Of a stretch of 64,000 bases of DNA, positions 54,204 through 64,000 are shown piece after piece (the stretch's first letter is position 1; every line of letters begins with the position of its first letter). The position numbers were made by a program, and so were the translations under genes. The notes below the pieces were generated by a model. It did not search any database, was not told the DNA's origin, and was given only the letters and a program-made list of their open reading frames with translations. The DNA is from an uncultured Planctomycetota bacterium (GTDB taxonomy: Bacteria > Planctomycetota > Planctomycetia > Isosphaerales > Isosphaeraceae). The stretch lies in assembly GCA_963845755.1 (NCBI GenBank), contig CAWJTV010000001.1, positions 32,001 to 96,000 on the forward strand, given 5' to 3'.

Positions 54204-54431
54204 ATGGCTGACACCGAACCGGACAATCCCCCGCTCGCCCCGTCGATCGCGTCGCGATGCCGCCACCTCCGCTCGAACGGGATGTATCTCTTCGACGATG
54301 CCGGCAACGACGAGTACAGCTCATCATGCTGCTGGTGTTTCGAGACCATGAAATCCTTCGGGCCCGACGATCGCATGGTCGGGCATCGCGAGTGCCGTGA
54401 CTCGACGCGGTCGTGCTACGAACGACTCTGA
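54204..54431 (+). CDS. Small Cys-rich hypothetical protein
   Basis: 75 aa with CRHLR, CCWC, GPDD, HREC and RSCYE; co-oriented after the molybdoenzyme genes. Confidence 0.7.
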   Translation: MADTEPDNPPLAPSIASRCRHLRSNGMYLFDDAGNDEYSSSCCWCFETMKSFGPDDRMVGHRECRDSTRSCYERL

Positions 54432-54926
54432 TCGGAACCCAGACCATGGGTTCTCGACGAGTGGCGAGGCGTCGCGGTCGTACCTGCGGACGGATCGACC
54501 GCGACGCCCACATCCGATCGTTTCCTGAATCCGCCAACGCCTCGGAGCCGTGAACGCGGCGGCGAGGCGTTGTCTTTTCTTCAGGCGCTCGCACCTCCGG
54601 TAGGGACGGCCGCGGCGAGGATCACCGCGTATGCCGCATCCCGAGGCGTGAGGAGCGAGTCGACATCGATACGACCGTCAAGATCGACATGTCCACCCAG
54701 CGTGACTCGATTCCATGAGAACGTAACGGAATACCAAATTTCTTCAAAATCTCTCTTGAAGATTACGAATCTTCTTGGCATTCTGTGAATTGTCGTTCTT
54801 CTTCGCGGAGAGACGGCACTCTCACCCGACGTTCGGGTAGGGGGTGGATTGAAACCGAAACGAGAGACGACAGGCTCATTTCCAAGTCTTGACAACTCGG
54901 TCCACTTTCACGAGGAGAATCGAGCA

Positions 54927-55061
54927 ATGGGTGACGCACGCGACACCGCCAAGAAGAAGAAAGCCGTCGAGAAGAAGTCCGCCAAGCCCGCGAAGGCCGC
55001 CGCGAAGGCCCCGGCTCCGGCCCCTGCCGCCAAGAGCGCGGCGAAAGCCACGAAGAAGTAA
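54927..55061 (+). CDS. 44-aa Lys/Ala/Pro-rich basic peptide (histone H1-like composition)
   Basis: GAGGAG RBS; strongly biased AAG/GCC codons; MGDARDTAKKKKAVEKKSAKPAKAAAK... Confidence 0.7.
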   Translation: MGDARDTAKKKKAVEKKSAKPAKAAAKAPAPAPAAKSAAKATKK

Positions 55062-55199
55062 TTGCGATCACAGCCTCGGTGCTACATCTAACGGACCCGG
55101 TCTGGCGGTGCTCGAACGAGAGCCGCGATGCCGGGTCCGGCTCGTTTCCAATCCCGCGTGGGAAGGGAGCACCTGACCAATTGTCGCGCGGCCGAGGTG

Positions 55200-56492
55200 T
55201 CAAGGGTGAGACGGCCAATGATCGTGTGGCCGGGGATCTTCGGAGGTTCGCAGCCTGACCTGGGCCGCCTCGAGGCTCCGCGTCGAGAGCGCCACGGTGA
55301 AGGGATGAGACGGTACCTCGTATTGCTCATCCGAGAGCTGGCACGCCAGGGCGAACGCCGATCGTGCGAGGTCCGTCCGGCCCGAGCCCTGCCAGACCCA
55401 GGCCATCCAGAAGAGCATCCGCCGGTACAATTCGAGGCGGTGGATGAGCAGGTGTTCGAACAGGAAGCGGTAGGCACCGGAATCACGAATGGGATCGGGG
55501 ACCGAGAGACCCTCGCGCAACGTGATCTCCTCGGCCAGGTCGAAGGTCAAAGCGGAGCGGTCGAGCCAGGTGGGGCACGCGTCGAGCACCTTGTGTGCTC
55601 GAGCGGCGAGTTCCTGGTCGGGGATCGCTGCCTCCTCCATGCCGGGGACGTTGCCCGGTAATCCCGAGGGCTGGAAGCTGGTTCCAACGGTCCCATCGAG
55701 CCAGTCGCGGACCGGGCCGGGGACCGTCGACCCGCAGAGCAATAGGCTTCCCCCGAGCAGTCGCACCGCCACCCATGGCGCGTCGCAGACACGATCATTC
55801 CCGGTCTGCTCGACCCATTCGTCGAGCAGTCGGCCTGCCGACGGCGTATCCGCCTCAACTTCGCCCACGACATCCAGGATTCCCTGCCGGACGTCGCACC
55901 AGAATGCGGCGGTCCGGCGCTGGCTGGACTGACAGATGGAGACCACGATGGTGCTACGCCCTTGCCCGTCAACCGGCGTGACCAGAGAACCAACGATCGG
56001 CATGCCCAGGTGATCGAGAAGCGAGTTGTCGCCCTTCGAGGCAACCTCGAGTGTAAGGCTCACTCGTTGAGCCGGAGGGAAAGCGGGGAACTGTCCGGTG
56101 CCACCGGCCTCGCTGGGCCCGACTCCAAGCGGCCGCGCGATGGCGATCGGCTTGCTGTCCCGCTCCGGGAGGGCCATCCGGGCCACCGAGCGCGTACTCG
56201 GATCGCGCGCGGAGCCCAGGAGTCGGAGCAAAGTCCGGACACCGGACCTCGAGCTGTAGCTCGAAAGCTCCGCGATGATCGCCCGACGCAGTGCCGGATC
56301 GAGGGCGGCGAGACTCTCCATCGCCGGCCAGCATTCCGCCGGGTCGGCCTCCAATTGCTCGACGATTTCCTCGAGCCACGCCGTCTGGATGTCGTATCCA
56401 CAATGTCCTGGCCCAGAGGCGGGAGGTCGATCGCAGAAGGAATCCTCACTCCGGGCCGGGGGGTCGTCTTGCTCGCGATCTGACAAATCCAT
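55200..56492 (-). CDS. Hypothetical protein (N-terminal HEAT-like helices)
   Basis: Long open frame with globular composition; no family recognised. Confidence 0.65.
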   Translation of the reverse strand: MDLSDREQDDPPARSEDSFCDRPPASGPGHCGYDIQTAWLEEIVEQLEADPAECWPAMESLAALDPALRRAIIAELSSYSSRSGVRTLLRLLGSARDPSTRSVARMALPERDSKPIAIARPLGVGPSEAGGTGQFPAFPPAQRVSLTLEVASKGDNSLLDHLGMPIVGSLVTPVDGQGRSTIVVSICQSSQRRTAAFWCDVRQGILDVVGEVEADTPSAGRLLDEWVEQTGNDRVCDAPWVAVRLLGGSLLLCGSTVPGPVRDWLDGTVGTSFQPSGLPGNVPGMEEAAIPDQELAARAHKVLDACPTWLDRSALTFDLAEEITLREGLSVPDPIRDSGAYRFLFEHLLIHRLELYRRMLFWMAWVWQGSGRTDLARSAFALACQLSDEQYEVPSHPFTVALSTRSLEAAQVRLRTSEDPRPHDHWPSHP

Positions 56493-56610
56493 CACGGTTT
56501 TTCCTGACGAGGCCACAGGTCGCAATCGGCAGTAAGCAGTAAAGCCTCGGGATACCGGGGATTGATGGCGGTTCTTTCCACTGCCGACTGCCGACTACGT
56601 AACCAACCCA

Positions 56611-58606
56611 TCAGGGCCGCAGGCGTCCTGGGTTTCGCCAGACGCGCCCGAGCACCCTGACGCCCGAGGTCGGCCGGTTTCCCGTGCCGGGTGTCTGGAC
56701 CGAGTAAGCATGCCCTCCGTTTTCCAGGGAGTACTCATACAAGCGGACCGTGTTCGCATCGGGTCGCGCCTGGTCATCGGGCAGAATATAGAAGCATGGC
56801 TCCGGTTCGGTCCCATCGGCCGGACGGACGGTGCTGCCGACACGTAGCGTCTGTCGTCCCGCGGAATCTCCATGTTCATAGACCGGCAGATACGCGATCC
56901 CTGGCCGGTCCGGCGCGAAAAAGGCCAGTCGTCGGGGCGCGGTCGCGAGCGACGGGGATAGCCGAATCTTCGAGACCAGGCGTGTCACACCGTGTTCGGC
57001 CGGTAACTCGTAGATCGCCACGGGGAGTGCCAGCCGCCGATTCGACAGGTCGAGCCGATACATGACCTGATTGTAATCGTAGCGCGGGGTCGGGTTGTCA
57101 TTGCCGGAGAACGTCGTTGTGTACGTTCCCTCGAAATAGATGATCCGCCCTTTCTCCTTGTCGAACATGGGATGCTGCTTGGGATTGTAGAAGCTGTATT
57201 TGTTGTGGGTCACGACCTTGCGGGCGTAGACCCAAGGGCCGAGCGGGGTATCGGCCTCGGCGTACCAGACTTCGCCGAGGAATGAGGTGCTGCCGAAGGA
57301 CTCCACGGCGATCATCACCCAACGGTCGCGATAGGCATTCCAGTAGACCGAGCCCCCGTGCGCCAGCACCGTTTGGCCGGTCTCCACATCCCGCAGGTTA
57401 AGCAGGGCTTCGCGAGTCTTGATGCGGCCGGAGGAGATCATGGTGTTCTGCATTTCCTGGGGGAGGACCTGCGTGTTCCGCTTCCAGGCGTAGTGGAGCG
57501 AACCTTCCGGGCTTCGGTCGAGCAACCGCTGCGCAGCGCGTTGTGCCGGGCCTGAGACAGGTGAACGCCTCGAATGATTGAGGATCCCCGAGCCGCTCCG
57601 GATCCGCCGGGACTCGGATGAGCGGATACGGGCTGGCGTAGTAGATATACTCGACCCCGTGGTCACGAAACAGGAAGGGATGACCGGTGGGATAGTCCCC
57701 GGTATGAGGGGCCCCGTCGGGGAACTGGACGACCTTCTCGAACCGATGGGACTCCGGGTGGAATTCGACCAGACCCTGCTGGTAGACCTGAAGCCCATTA
57801 CGCACTTTCACGTAGCTCGCAAACATCCGCTCCCGGTTCTCGCGGTCGTTCAGCACGATCAGGCCCGAGATCCAGGTCGGCCCATCGCCAGGTATCGGGG
57901 CGGTCGGTCGAGCAAAGCCCCGATCGTCGAGAGAATAGGTCAGATTGACGCCGACATCCGGGTCCAGACCACCGTGACCGGGCAAGTCCGACGTCGCGCC
58001 CGGCACGTGGAAGTTGCCCAGGGGATAGTCGGGGCGATTGGTGTCGCCCCAGAACCAGTGGATCTTCCCGTCGTAGACGGTGTTGACGACGCTGTCCTGT
58101 CCGAACACCAGGCCATTGAGCAAGGGCTCTTGGATCGGGATGCGATCGCCGGTCAGGACGCTGTCCCGGTAAATCCCGGATCCGGTGACCCGGTAGAGCC
58201 GTTCCGCGATGTTCAGCCGCTGGATCGCGATCCGCGCCGAGCCCCCCTCTGTGATCTCCAGTGCCTGGCCCTGATAGCCGAAATTGTCCTTGGCGGCCTC
58301 GTAGCCGTGACTGGTCACGAAGAAGAAAACCTTGCGGCCGAAGAGACCGGGCTCGTCGAAAGCGGCCACGCCGTTGCTGTCCGTAATGTACCGGATCTGG
58401 TTGACCGTCCTGAGCTCGACCAGGGGAACGCCACGACCGGTCTCCTTGTCCACGACCTGAATCCGGAAGACGCGAGGGCGTGGCGCCGGTTGCGGGTGTT
58501 CCGGTGCCTGCTGAGGAGCGTCGAGCGGAGCGGCCTTCCCGACGCCGGAAAGCGTCACCAGCGCGACAATTCCCAGCAGCACCGGCCAGCGGCAACGAAC
58601 CGGCAT
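56611..58606 (-). CDS. Secreted hypothetical protein (probable beta-propeller, glycoside-hydrolase-like); apparent frameshift near 57535
   Basis: Signal peptide, VVDKETGRGVPLVEL, WFWGDT, HGGSVYWN, YSFYNPKQHP, PRYDYNQVMYRLDL; AAAGGAGG RBS. Confidence 0.78.
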
Positions 58607-58661
58607 GACGAGTCCTCCTTTCATTCGGGTCGTTCCTTCCCTGGTCCTCGATAGGCCCTCG

Positions 58662-60704
58662 TCAGCCGTTCCGACGGCTCGCGAAGCTCGACCAGGTGTC
58701 GCCCCATCGCTCATTCGAGTCCGACTCGATCTCGCCACGTTCGAGCAGTGACTCGTCAACCTCGTTGAGGAACCGGCTGGGCGTGGTGAAGACCGTGGGG
58801 CCACGACCGCCGCGGGGGATGCACAAGGGGTAAGTCAAGGTCAGCTCGTTCATGGCGCGGGTGATGGCGACGTAGAAGATCCGCCGCTCTTCCTCTTCGC
58901 CTCCGGGTTCATCCAGGGACCGTCGATGGGGAAAGCTCTCCTCGATCAGACGAAGCACGAACACGTAGGACCACTCCAGGCCCTTGGCCTGGTGAACCGT
59001 ACTGAGCACCACGACCTCGCCCGGCTCGTCGGCCGCCATGGAATCCATGCCGTAGACGTCTCCGGCCAGGATCAAGTCGGCGATTAAACGTTCCAGGCTC
59101 TCGTATTTGGCGGCCAGGAGGGCGAACTGATCGATGTCGGCGAGACGATTATCCGGGCGCTCGTACTTGAGACGGACGGTGTCGGGATACCCCCCTTTGA
59201 GGACCGCGCCGATGGCCGCGGCCGGATGGCGCTCGGGGTCCGTGGCCCGAAGCTGACGGAGGTCGTTCACGAATCCAGCGAAGAATCCCTTACTTTTGGC
59301 AGGCAACATCGCCATCGCCTCGGCCGACTCGAGAGCTTCGGGCGGATCGCCGCTCCGGGAGAGGAACGCGAAGACCGCCGCGGCCTTGGCTGGCCCGACG
59401 CCCGGCAAGAGCAGGAGCAATCGTCGCCAGGAGGCCTCGTCGCGCGGGTTGATCACGATGCGGAGGTAAGCCAGAACATCCTTGATGTGGGCCTGCTCGA
59501 AGAAGCGGAGCCCGCTCCGGATCGTGTAGGGAATCCCGCGCGCCAGCAGCTCCCCCTGGAGCAGGATGCTGTCGTGATGGTTGCGATAAAGCACTGCGAT
59601 CTGGCCCAGGGCCACGCCTTTCTCGCGTTCTTCGAGGATCTGCTGGCAGATCAACGCGGCTTCCTCATACGCGTCCTCAGTGGCGACGACCAGCGGCAGC
59701 GTGCCGTGGGGTCGCGCGGCGACCAGTTCCTTGGGGAAGCCGGTCTGGTTGTGGGCGATCGAGGCCCGGGTGAATGCCACGATCTGAGGCGTGGAGCGGT
59801 AATTGACGTCTAACTGGAAGATCTTCGCGCCGGGGTGCCGATCGGGGAACTTGAGGATGTTGTCGTAGTCGGCGCCGCGGAACCGGTAGATCGACTGGGC
59901 GTCGTCGCCGACGGCCGTGAGATTGCCGGATCCCGCCGCCGCGATCGCCTCGACCAGGTCAATTTGCATGGCATTGGTATCCTGCATCTCGTCGATGAGG
60001 ATGTGCCGGAACATTTTCCCATGAAGTTCGCGCTGCTCGGGGAACTCGCGGATGAGTCGGCCCCACTGAAGGAGCAGATCGTCGTAATCCATGCTGTTGG
60101 ACGCCTGCTTGCGAGCCGTGTAGGCCGCCGCGGCCGCCTCGAGCTGCGACTGCCATTCGATCAGCTCGGGATTGCGCTCGGCGGCGACCGCGGCCAGCGG
60201 CCGGTTCACATTCGCGCTGAAGCTGATCAGGTGCTGCACGGTCGCCGGTTTGGGGGCCAGCTTACCGGTGCCGGTGAATCCGGCATCGTCCATGGCCAGT
60301 CGCATCAGGTCGAGCTGGTCTTCGCTGTCGAGGATGGTGAAATTCGGTTGATAGCCCAGCAGCGGAGCCGTGCGGCGGAGCAGGCGATTGCCGATGTGGT
60401 GAAAGGTCCCGGCCCAGACCTGGCTCCCCTGTTCGCCGATCAACGATTGCAGCCGGCGGACCATCTCCCGCGACGCGCGGCGGGTGAAGGTGACCAGCAT
60501 GATCGAGCCGGCCGGCACGCCCGTGGCGATCAGGTAGGCCACGCGGTAGGTGATGACGCGCGTCTTGCCCGATCCCGGCCCGGCCAGGATCAGGTTGTAG
60601 CCATCGGGCGCGGTCGCGGCGGCGTGCTGAGAGTCGTTCAGGTCGCACCGGAACTGCTCGGACAACCGGGTGCTCAAGCTCGATTTGAGGCGAATCTTCC
60701 GCAT
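58662..60704 (-). CDS. pcrA: UvrD/PcrA-family ATP-dependent DNA helicase
   Basis: AGPGSGKT, TFT, GTFHH, IDEMQD, VGDDAQSIYRFRGA, NYRST, TVHQAKGLEW, EEERRIFYVAITRA. Confidence 0.92.
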   Translation of the reverse strand: MRKIRLKSSLSTRLSEQFRCDLNDSQHAAATAPDGYNLILAGPGSGKTRVITYRVAYLIATGVPAGSIMLVTFTRRASREMVRRLQSLIGEQGSQVWAGTFHHIGNRLLRRTAPLLGYQPNFTILDSEDQLDLMRLAMDDAGFTGTGKLAPKPATVQHLISFSANVNRPLAAVAAERNPELIEWQSQLEAAAAAYTARKQASNSMDYDDLLLQWGRLIREFPEQRELHGKMFRHILIDEMQDTNAMQIDLVEAIAAAGSGNLTAVGDDAQSIYRFRGADYDNILKFPDRHPGAKIFQLDVNYRSTPQIVAFTRASIAHNQTGFPKELVAARPHGTLPLVVATEDAYEEAALICQQILEEREKGVALGQIAVLYRNHHDSILLQGELLARGIPYTIRSGLRFFEQAHIKDVLAYLRIVINPRDEASWRRLLLLLPGVGPAKAAAVFAFLSRSGDPPEALESAEAMAMLPAKSKGFFAGFVNDLRQLRATDPERHPAAAIGAVLKGGYPDTVRLKYERPDNRLADIDQFALLAAKYESLERLIADLILAGDVYGMDSMAADEPGEVVVLSTVHQAKGLEWSYVFVLRLIEESFPHRRSLDEPGGEEEERRIFYVAITRAMNELTLTYPLCIPRGGRGPTVFTTPSRFLNEVDESLLERGEIESDSNERWGDTWSSFASRRNG

Positions 60705-61074
60705 GCCAACGCTCGAGTGCAAAAAGGCGGCTGTCAACGTTACGCCCTTCGGCGAAAAGGGCATTATAACAAGAAGATTCGCAGTTTGCCGACCCGTGTG
60801 GAAGGGACAACCACGACAGGGGCACCGCCGGGGCCTTGTCGGCCGATGAGTCGATCGGCGTTATTGAACTCGTGAGCACCAGCGATGTGTCGTGCTTCAC
60901 TTTGGTGGGCCTCGCCTCGATGACCCGAGACTCATGAACGATGGAGAGGGATGAGACCCGATCGTAAGCGCCTGGGACAGAAGGGATCGCGCGATTCGCG
61001 CGAGGAGCTCCGTCAGCCCCCATTATGATAACGGGCGCGCGGAGAATCCATGCGCGTCGCAGGTCAGTCTCCCT

Positions 61075-61896
61075 TCACGACGCCTGCGACATCACCGGCG
61101 AAGGGGCGTCGGCGTGCCAGTCGAAGGGGATGCGTTCGTCGCGGGTCTGGAGCCGGATGGTGAGCCCGTGGGTGCGGAACGTCTCGCGGAGGGCGAGGAT
61201 AGCATCCTGGGCCGTGAGGACGTCCGGATAGCTGAGCCAGCCGACGAACCGGCCGTCCTCGATGCGCGACCGGGCCGCGAGGACCGCCTTGTGACTTCGG
61301 AGGCGATCGAAGAGGTCGATGAGCGTGCGGAGTGTCTCGGCCGCAGCGGGGAACTCGGCCGTGCGGGCGACCAGCTCTTCGGGAGGCCAGGCGATCACCA
61401 TGCAGACGCTTAATGTCCCGTCGTCCGCCTCAGAGTCTGAAGGCAGGGGCGAGAACGATGGGCCGTCCTTCTCGAACCGCGTCCAGATCAACTCGACTCC
61501 CACAGTCCGGATCCGGCCCGGATCTACGCCCGGAGCCGAACTCGACCGATCGGCGTCATCCGGCTGCCCCGGCGCATCGGCTTCATTCGCATGGTCCGCG
61601 GCTGAGTCATCCGGCTGGTTGGTCCGCGTGCCCGCGGTCCAGGCCCAGCCGTTCGATCGATCCGCGGTTGCGCCGTTGGCCGCGCGACTTGTCCACGGCT
61701 GGGCCACCGGCGCCGCCGTCGTCGTCAAGACTTCATAGGCCCGCGCCACCATTCGGAACGCCCACTCGTCACCCCCCATGTCGGGATGATGCTTCTTCGA
61801 TTTCATCCGGTAGGCTTCGTGGACCTCCTCCATCGAGGCGTCCGGCCCGACTCCCAAGACCGTTCGCGGATCCAGCGAAAAGGCATGAAAACCCAT
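61075..61896 (-). CDS. J-domain (DnaJ class C) protein
   Basis: VLGV...AYRMKSKKHHPDMGGDEWAFRMVARAYEVL; unknown C-terminal domain. Confidence 0.85.
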   Translation of the reverse strand: MGFHAFSLDPRTVLGVGPDASMEEVHEAYRMKSKKHHPDMGGDEWAFRMVARAYEVLTTTAAPVAQPWTSRAANGATADRSNGWAWTAGTRTNQPDDSAADHANEADAPGQPDDADRSSSAPGVDPGRIRTVGVELIWTRFEKDGPSFSPLPSDSEADDGTLSVCMVIAWPPEELVARTAEFPAAAETLRTLIDLFDRLRSHKAVLAARSRIEDGRFVGWLSYPDVLTAQDAILALRETFRTHGLTIRLQTRDERIPFDWHADAPSPVMSQAS

Positions 61897-62141
61897 GAGA
61901 GCACACAAATCCTTTAAAATGGCGTCGAGCTGGCAAGTGGCTAACAAAGAGAAACGCTTTTCTCCTCTTGCCGCCACATTTAGTATTAGAGCAAATCCCT
62001 TGCCAATCGGTTCTACGCCGTTCGGCTCCCGCAACTCCTCTTGCAAATGCCGGGAGCGAGCGCCTATTCTCCAAGAATCGTTAAACATTTTTGCCCTCCG
62101 AGGCAAGAGCTTAGCGATAGCCACCCCAGGACCAAAGACTG

Positions 62142-63579
62142 ATGACGAATAACCAGGACATGAGCCGTCGGCACCTGTTTCGCATCGGCGGCCTTGGCGC
62201 GCTGGGCCTGACGCTGCCGAGGCTGTTGAAGGCCGAGGCCGAGAGGCCCACGGCGCCGGGACGAACCGGCATGGCACCGATCCGCTCGTGTATTCTGGTG
62301 TTCTTCTATGGAGGTCCCAGCCACATCGACACGGTCAACATGAAGCCGAAGGCCCCGGCGGAGGTACGCGGGCAATTTGGCTCGATCGCGACGAGTATGC
62401 CGGGGATGAGGGTCTGCGAGCACTTGCCGCACACGGCACGGGTGATGGACCGGCTGGCGATCGTCCGGAGCATGCATCACCCGATGACCAACCACAATGC
62501 GGCGGCGTTCACGACGCTCTGCGGCCGCAACCCGCTCAAGGGGGACCTTGAGCTGTTGGGCAACGACCGCAACGACCCGCCGTGCTACGGTGCGGTCTTG
62601 AGCCGCGACTCTGCCGGAGCGTCGAGGGCTGCCGACGTCGGTGGCATTGCCGCACGTCATGTACAACGTCGTGCAACTCCCCGGCCAGGTCGCGGGTTTC
62701 CTCGGCTCGGCGCACGACCCGTTTCAGGTCAGCGCCGATCCCAGCACGCCCGACTTCCGGCTGGGCGAGTTGGAGCTGCCCGGTGACATCTCGATCGATC
62801 GGCTCGATGACCGGGCCGCCTTGTTACGCCGGCTGGACGACCGTCGCCGGCTCATCGAGGCGCGGGTCGAGGCCGAGTCCAGAGCAGGGGGGGGCAATGC
62901 CGCCTGGACTGACGGCAAGAGCGATTCCAGCATCGCACGGCGGATCGATCCGTGCGACGTCTACACGGAGAAAGCCTTCCGCCTGCTGCACTCGCCGGCT
63001 GTGCGGCAGGCGTTCGACCTGGCCGCGGAAGACCCGAGGCTCCGCGACCGTTACGGCCGCACCAAGCTCGGCCAGAGCGCTCTGCTCGCCCGTCGGGTCG
63101 TCGAGGCCGGCGTCCGGTTCGTCACGGTCTACAACGGTCAGTATAACGGTCAGGATGCCAACTGGGACGCGCATCAGAGCGTCTTCCCCCGACTCAAGGA
63201 CTACCTGCTCCCTCCGGCGGACCAGGCCTTCGCCGCGCTGATCGACGACCTGGACAGCCGCGGCCTGCTGGAGGAGACCCTGGTCATCGGCATGGGCGAG
63301 TTCGGCCGCACGCCCAAGATCAACGGCACCGCCGGGCGCGATCACTGGCCTTTCTGCTACAGCGTCATGCTGGCCGGCGGAGGAATCCGGGGTGGGATGA
63401 CGTATGGATCGAGCGACAAGCTGGGCGCCTATCCCGACACCGACGCCGTCACCCCGGGCGACCTCGCCGCCACGCTGTTCTGGCGATTGGGCCTCGACCC
63501 CACGAGAGAGATGATCGACCTGACCGGCCGGCCCTACAAGCTCGCGGACGGCCAGCCGATCCGGGCGATCTTCGGGTGA
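62142..63579 (+). CDS. DUF1501 domain protein; apparent frameshift near 62605
   Basis: SRRHLFRIGGLG, GGPSHIDT, ARRVVEAGVRFV, WDAH, GEFGRTPKIN, GRDHW. Confidence 0.9.
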
Positions 63580-63651
63580 TGGCCAGGGCTCGCCTCCGCC
63601 CAGGCCATTCTTGATAATTTGCGAATCGACCCGAGCAGCTAAGGTGGAAAG

Positions 63652-64000
63652 ATGGCCATCCAAACCCTGACGGTTCAGCTTCCCGATTGGCTCTATACAC
63701 AACTTCGACCAGCGCACCCAACAAGCCAATCGCACAGTGGAAGCCGAGCGAGTCGATCTGTTGGCGGCGGCCATGTCGGAAGACCGGGAACTCCCTGACG
63801 AGCTCAACCTGAACCTCGCGGGCTTGGAGCATCTCGACGACCAAACCTTGTGGCAAGCCGGCGGAGCCGTCTGGCGGCGCGGGTGGCTCGGCACACCGAG
63901 AAACTGCATCGCAAGCAGCAGCGTGAAGGGCTCACCGAGGCAGAAACCCGGGATCTTGCTGAAGTGATGCGGCAATATGAACGGGCCATGCTCATCCGCT
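63652..64000 (+). CDS. Hypothetical RHH/antitoxin-like protein, partial (runs off the window; about 2 apparent frameshifts)
   Basis: Reconstructed MAIQTLTVQLPDWLYTQLRQR...LDDQTLWQAARSRL...KQQREGLTEAETRDL. Confidence 0.55.

Noticed and set aside
2217..63870. Mass pseudogenisation or programmed frameshifting
   Set aside because: No in-frame stops or decay, no slippery heptamers, and a shared GCGC context points to sequencing error
1..64000. tRNA, rRNA, transposase, integrase or prophage genes
   Set aside because: No diagnostic motifs found by eye on either strand

Overview
GC-rich bacterial chromosomal segment, most likely Planctomycetota (Isosphaeraceae-like). This is inferred from the planctomycete extracellular N-terminal motif on four proteins, an ECF sigma/Ser-Thr kinase-WD40 pair, and DUF1501, FGE-sulfatase and LRR genes. 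Recognisable content: tandem S53 peptidases, a GH63-like glucosidase, a DevBCA-type exporter, two ricin-lectin paralogues flanking a transglutaminase-like gene, a beta-oxidation cluster, pabB-pabC-Nif3, a Tat-exported molybdo-flavoenzyme and UvrD/PcrA. No rRNA, tRNA, CRISPR-cas, transposase or integrase gene was seen. Less obvious structure: (1) an integrase-less array of integron-like gene cassettes at ~40.6-43.0 kb whose attC-like sites carry non-canonical GTN cores, with a MITE inserted in one cassette leader; (2) about 20 apparent frameshifts, nearly all at or next to GCGC, suggesting long-read errors at a methylated motif; (3) an orphan PEP-CTERM tail missed by the ORF track; (4) GTAG-family REPs, including a tandem array; (5) paired inverted heptamer microsatellites at many gene junctions. 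All calls come from reading the sequence by eye; no database searches were run.
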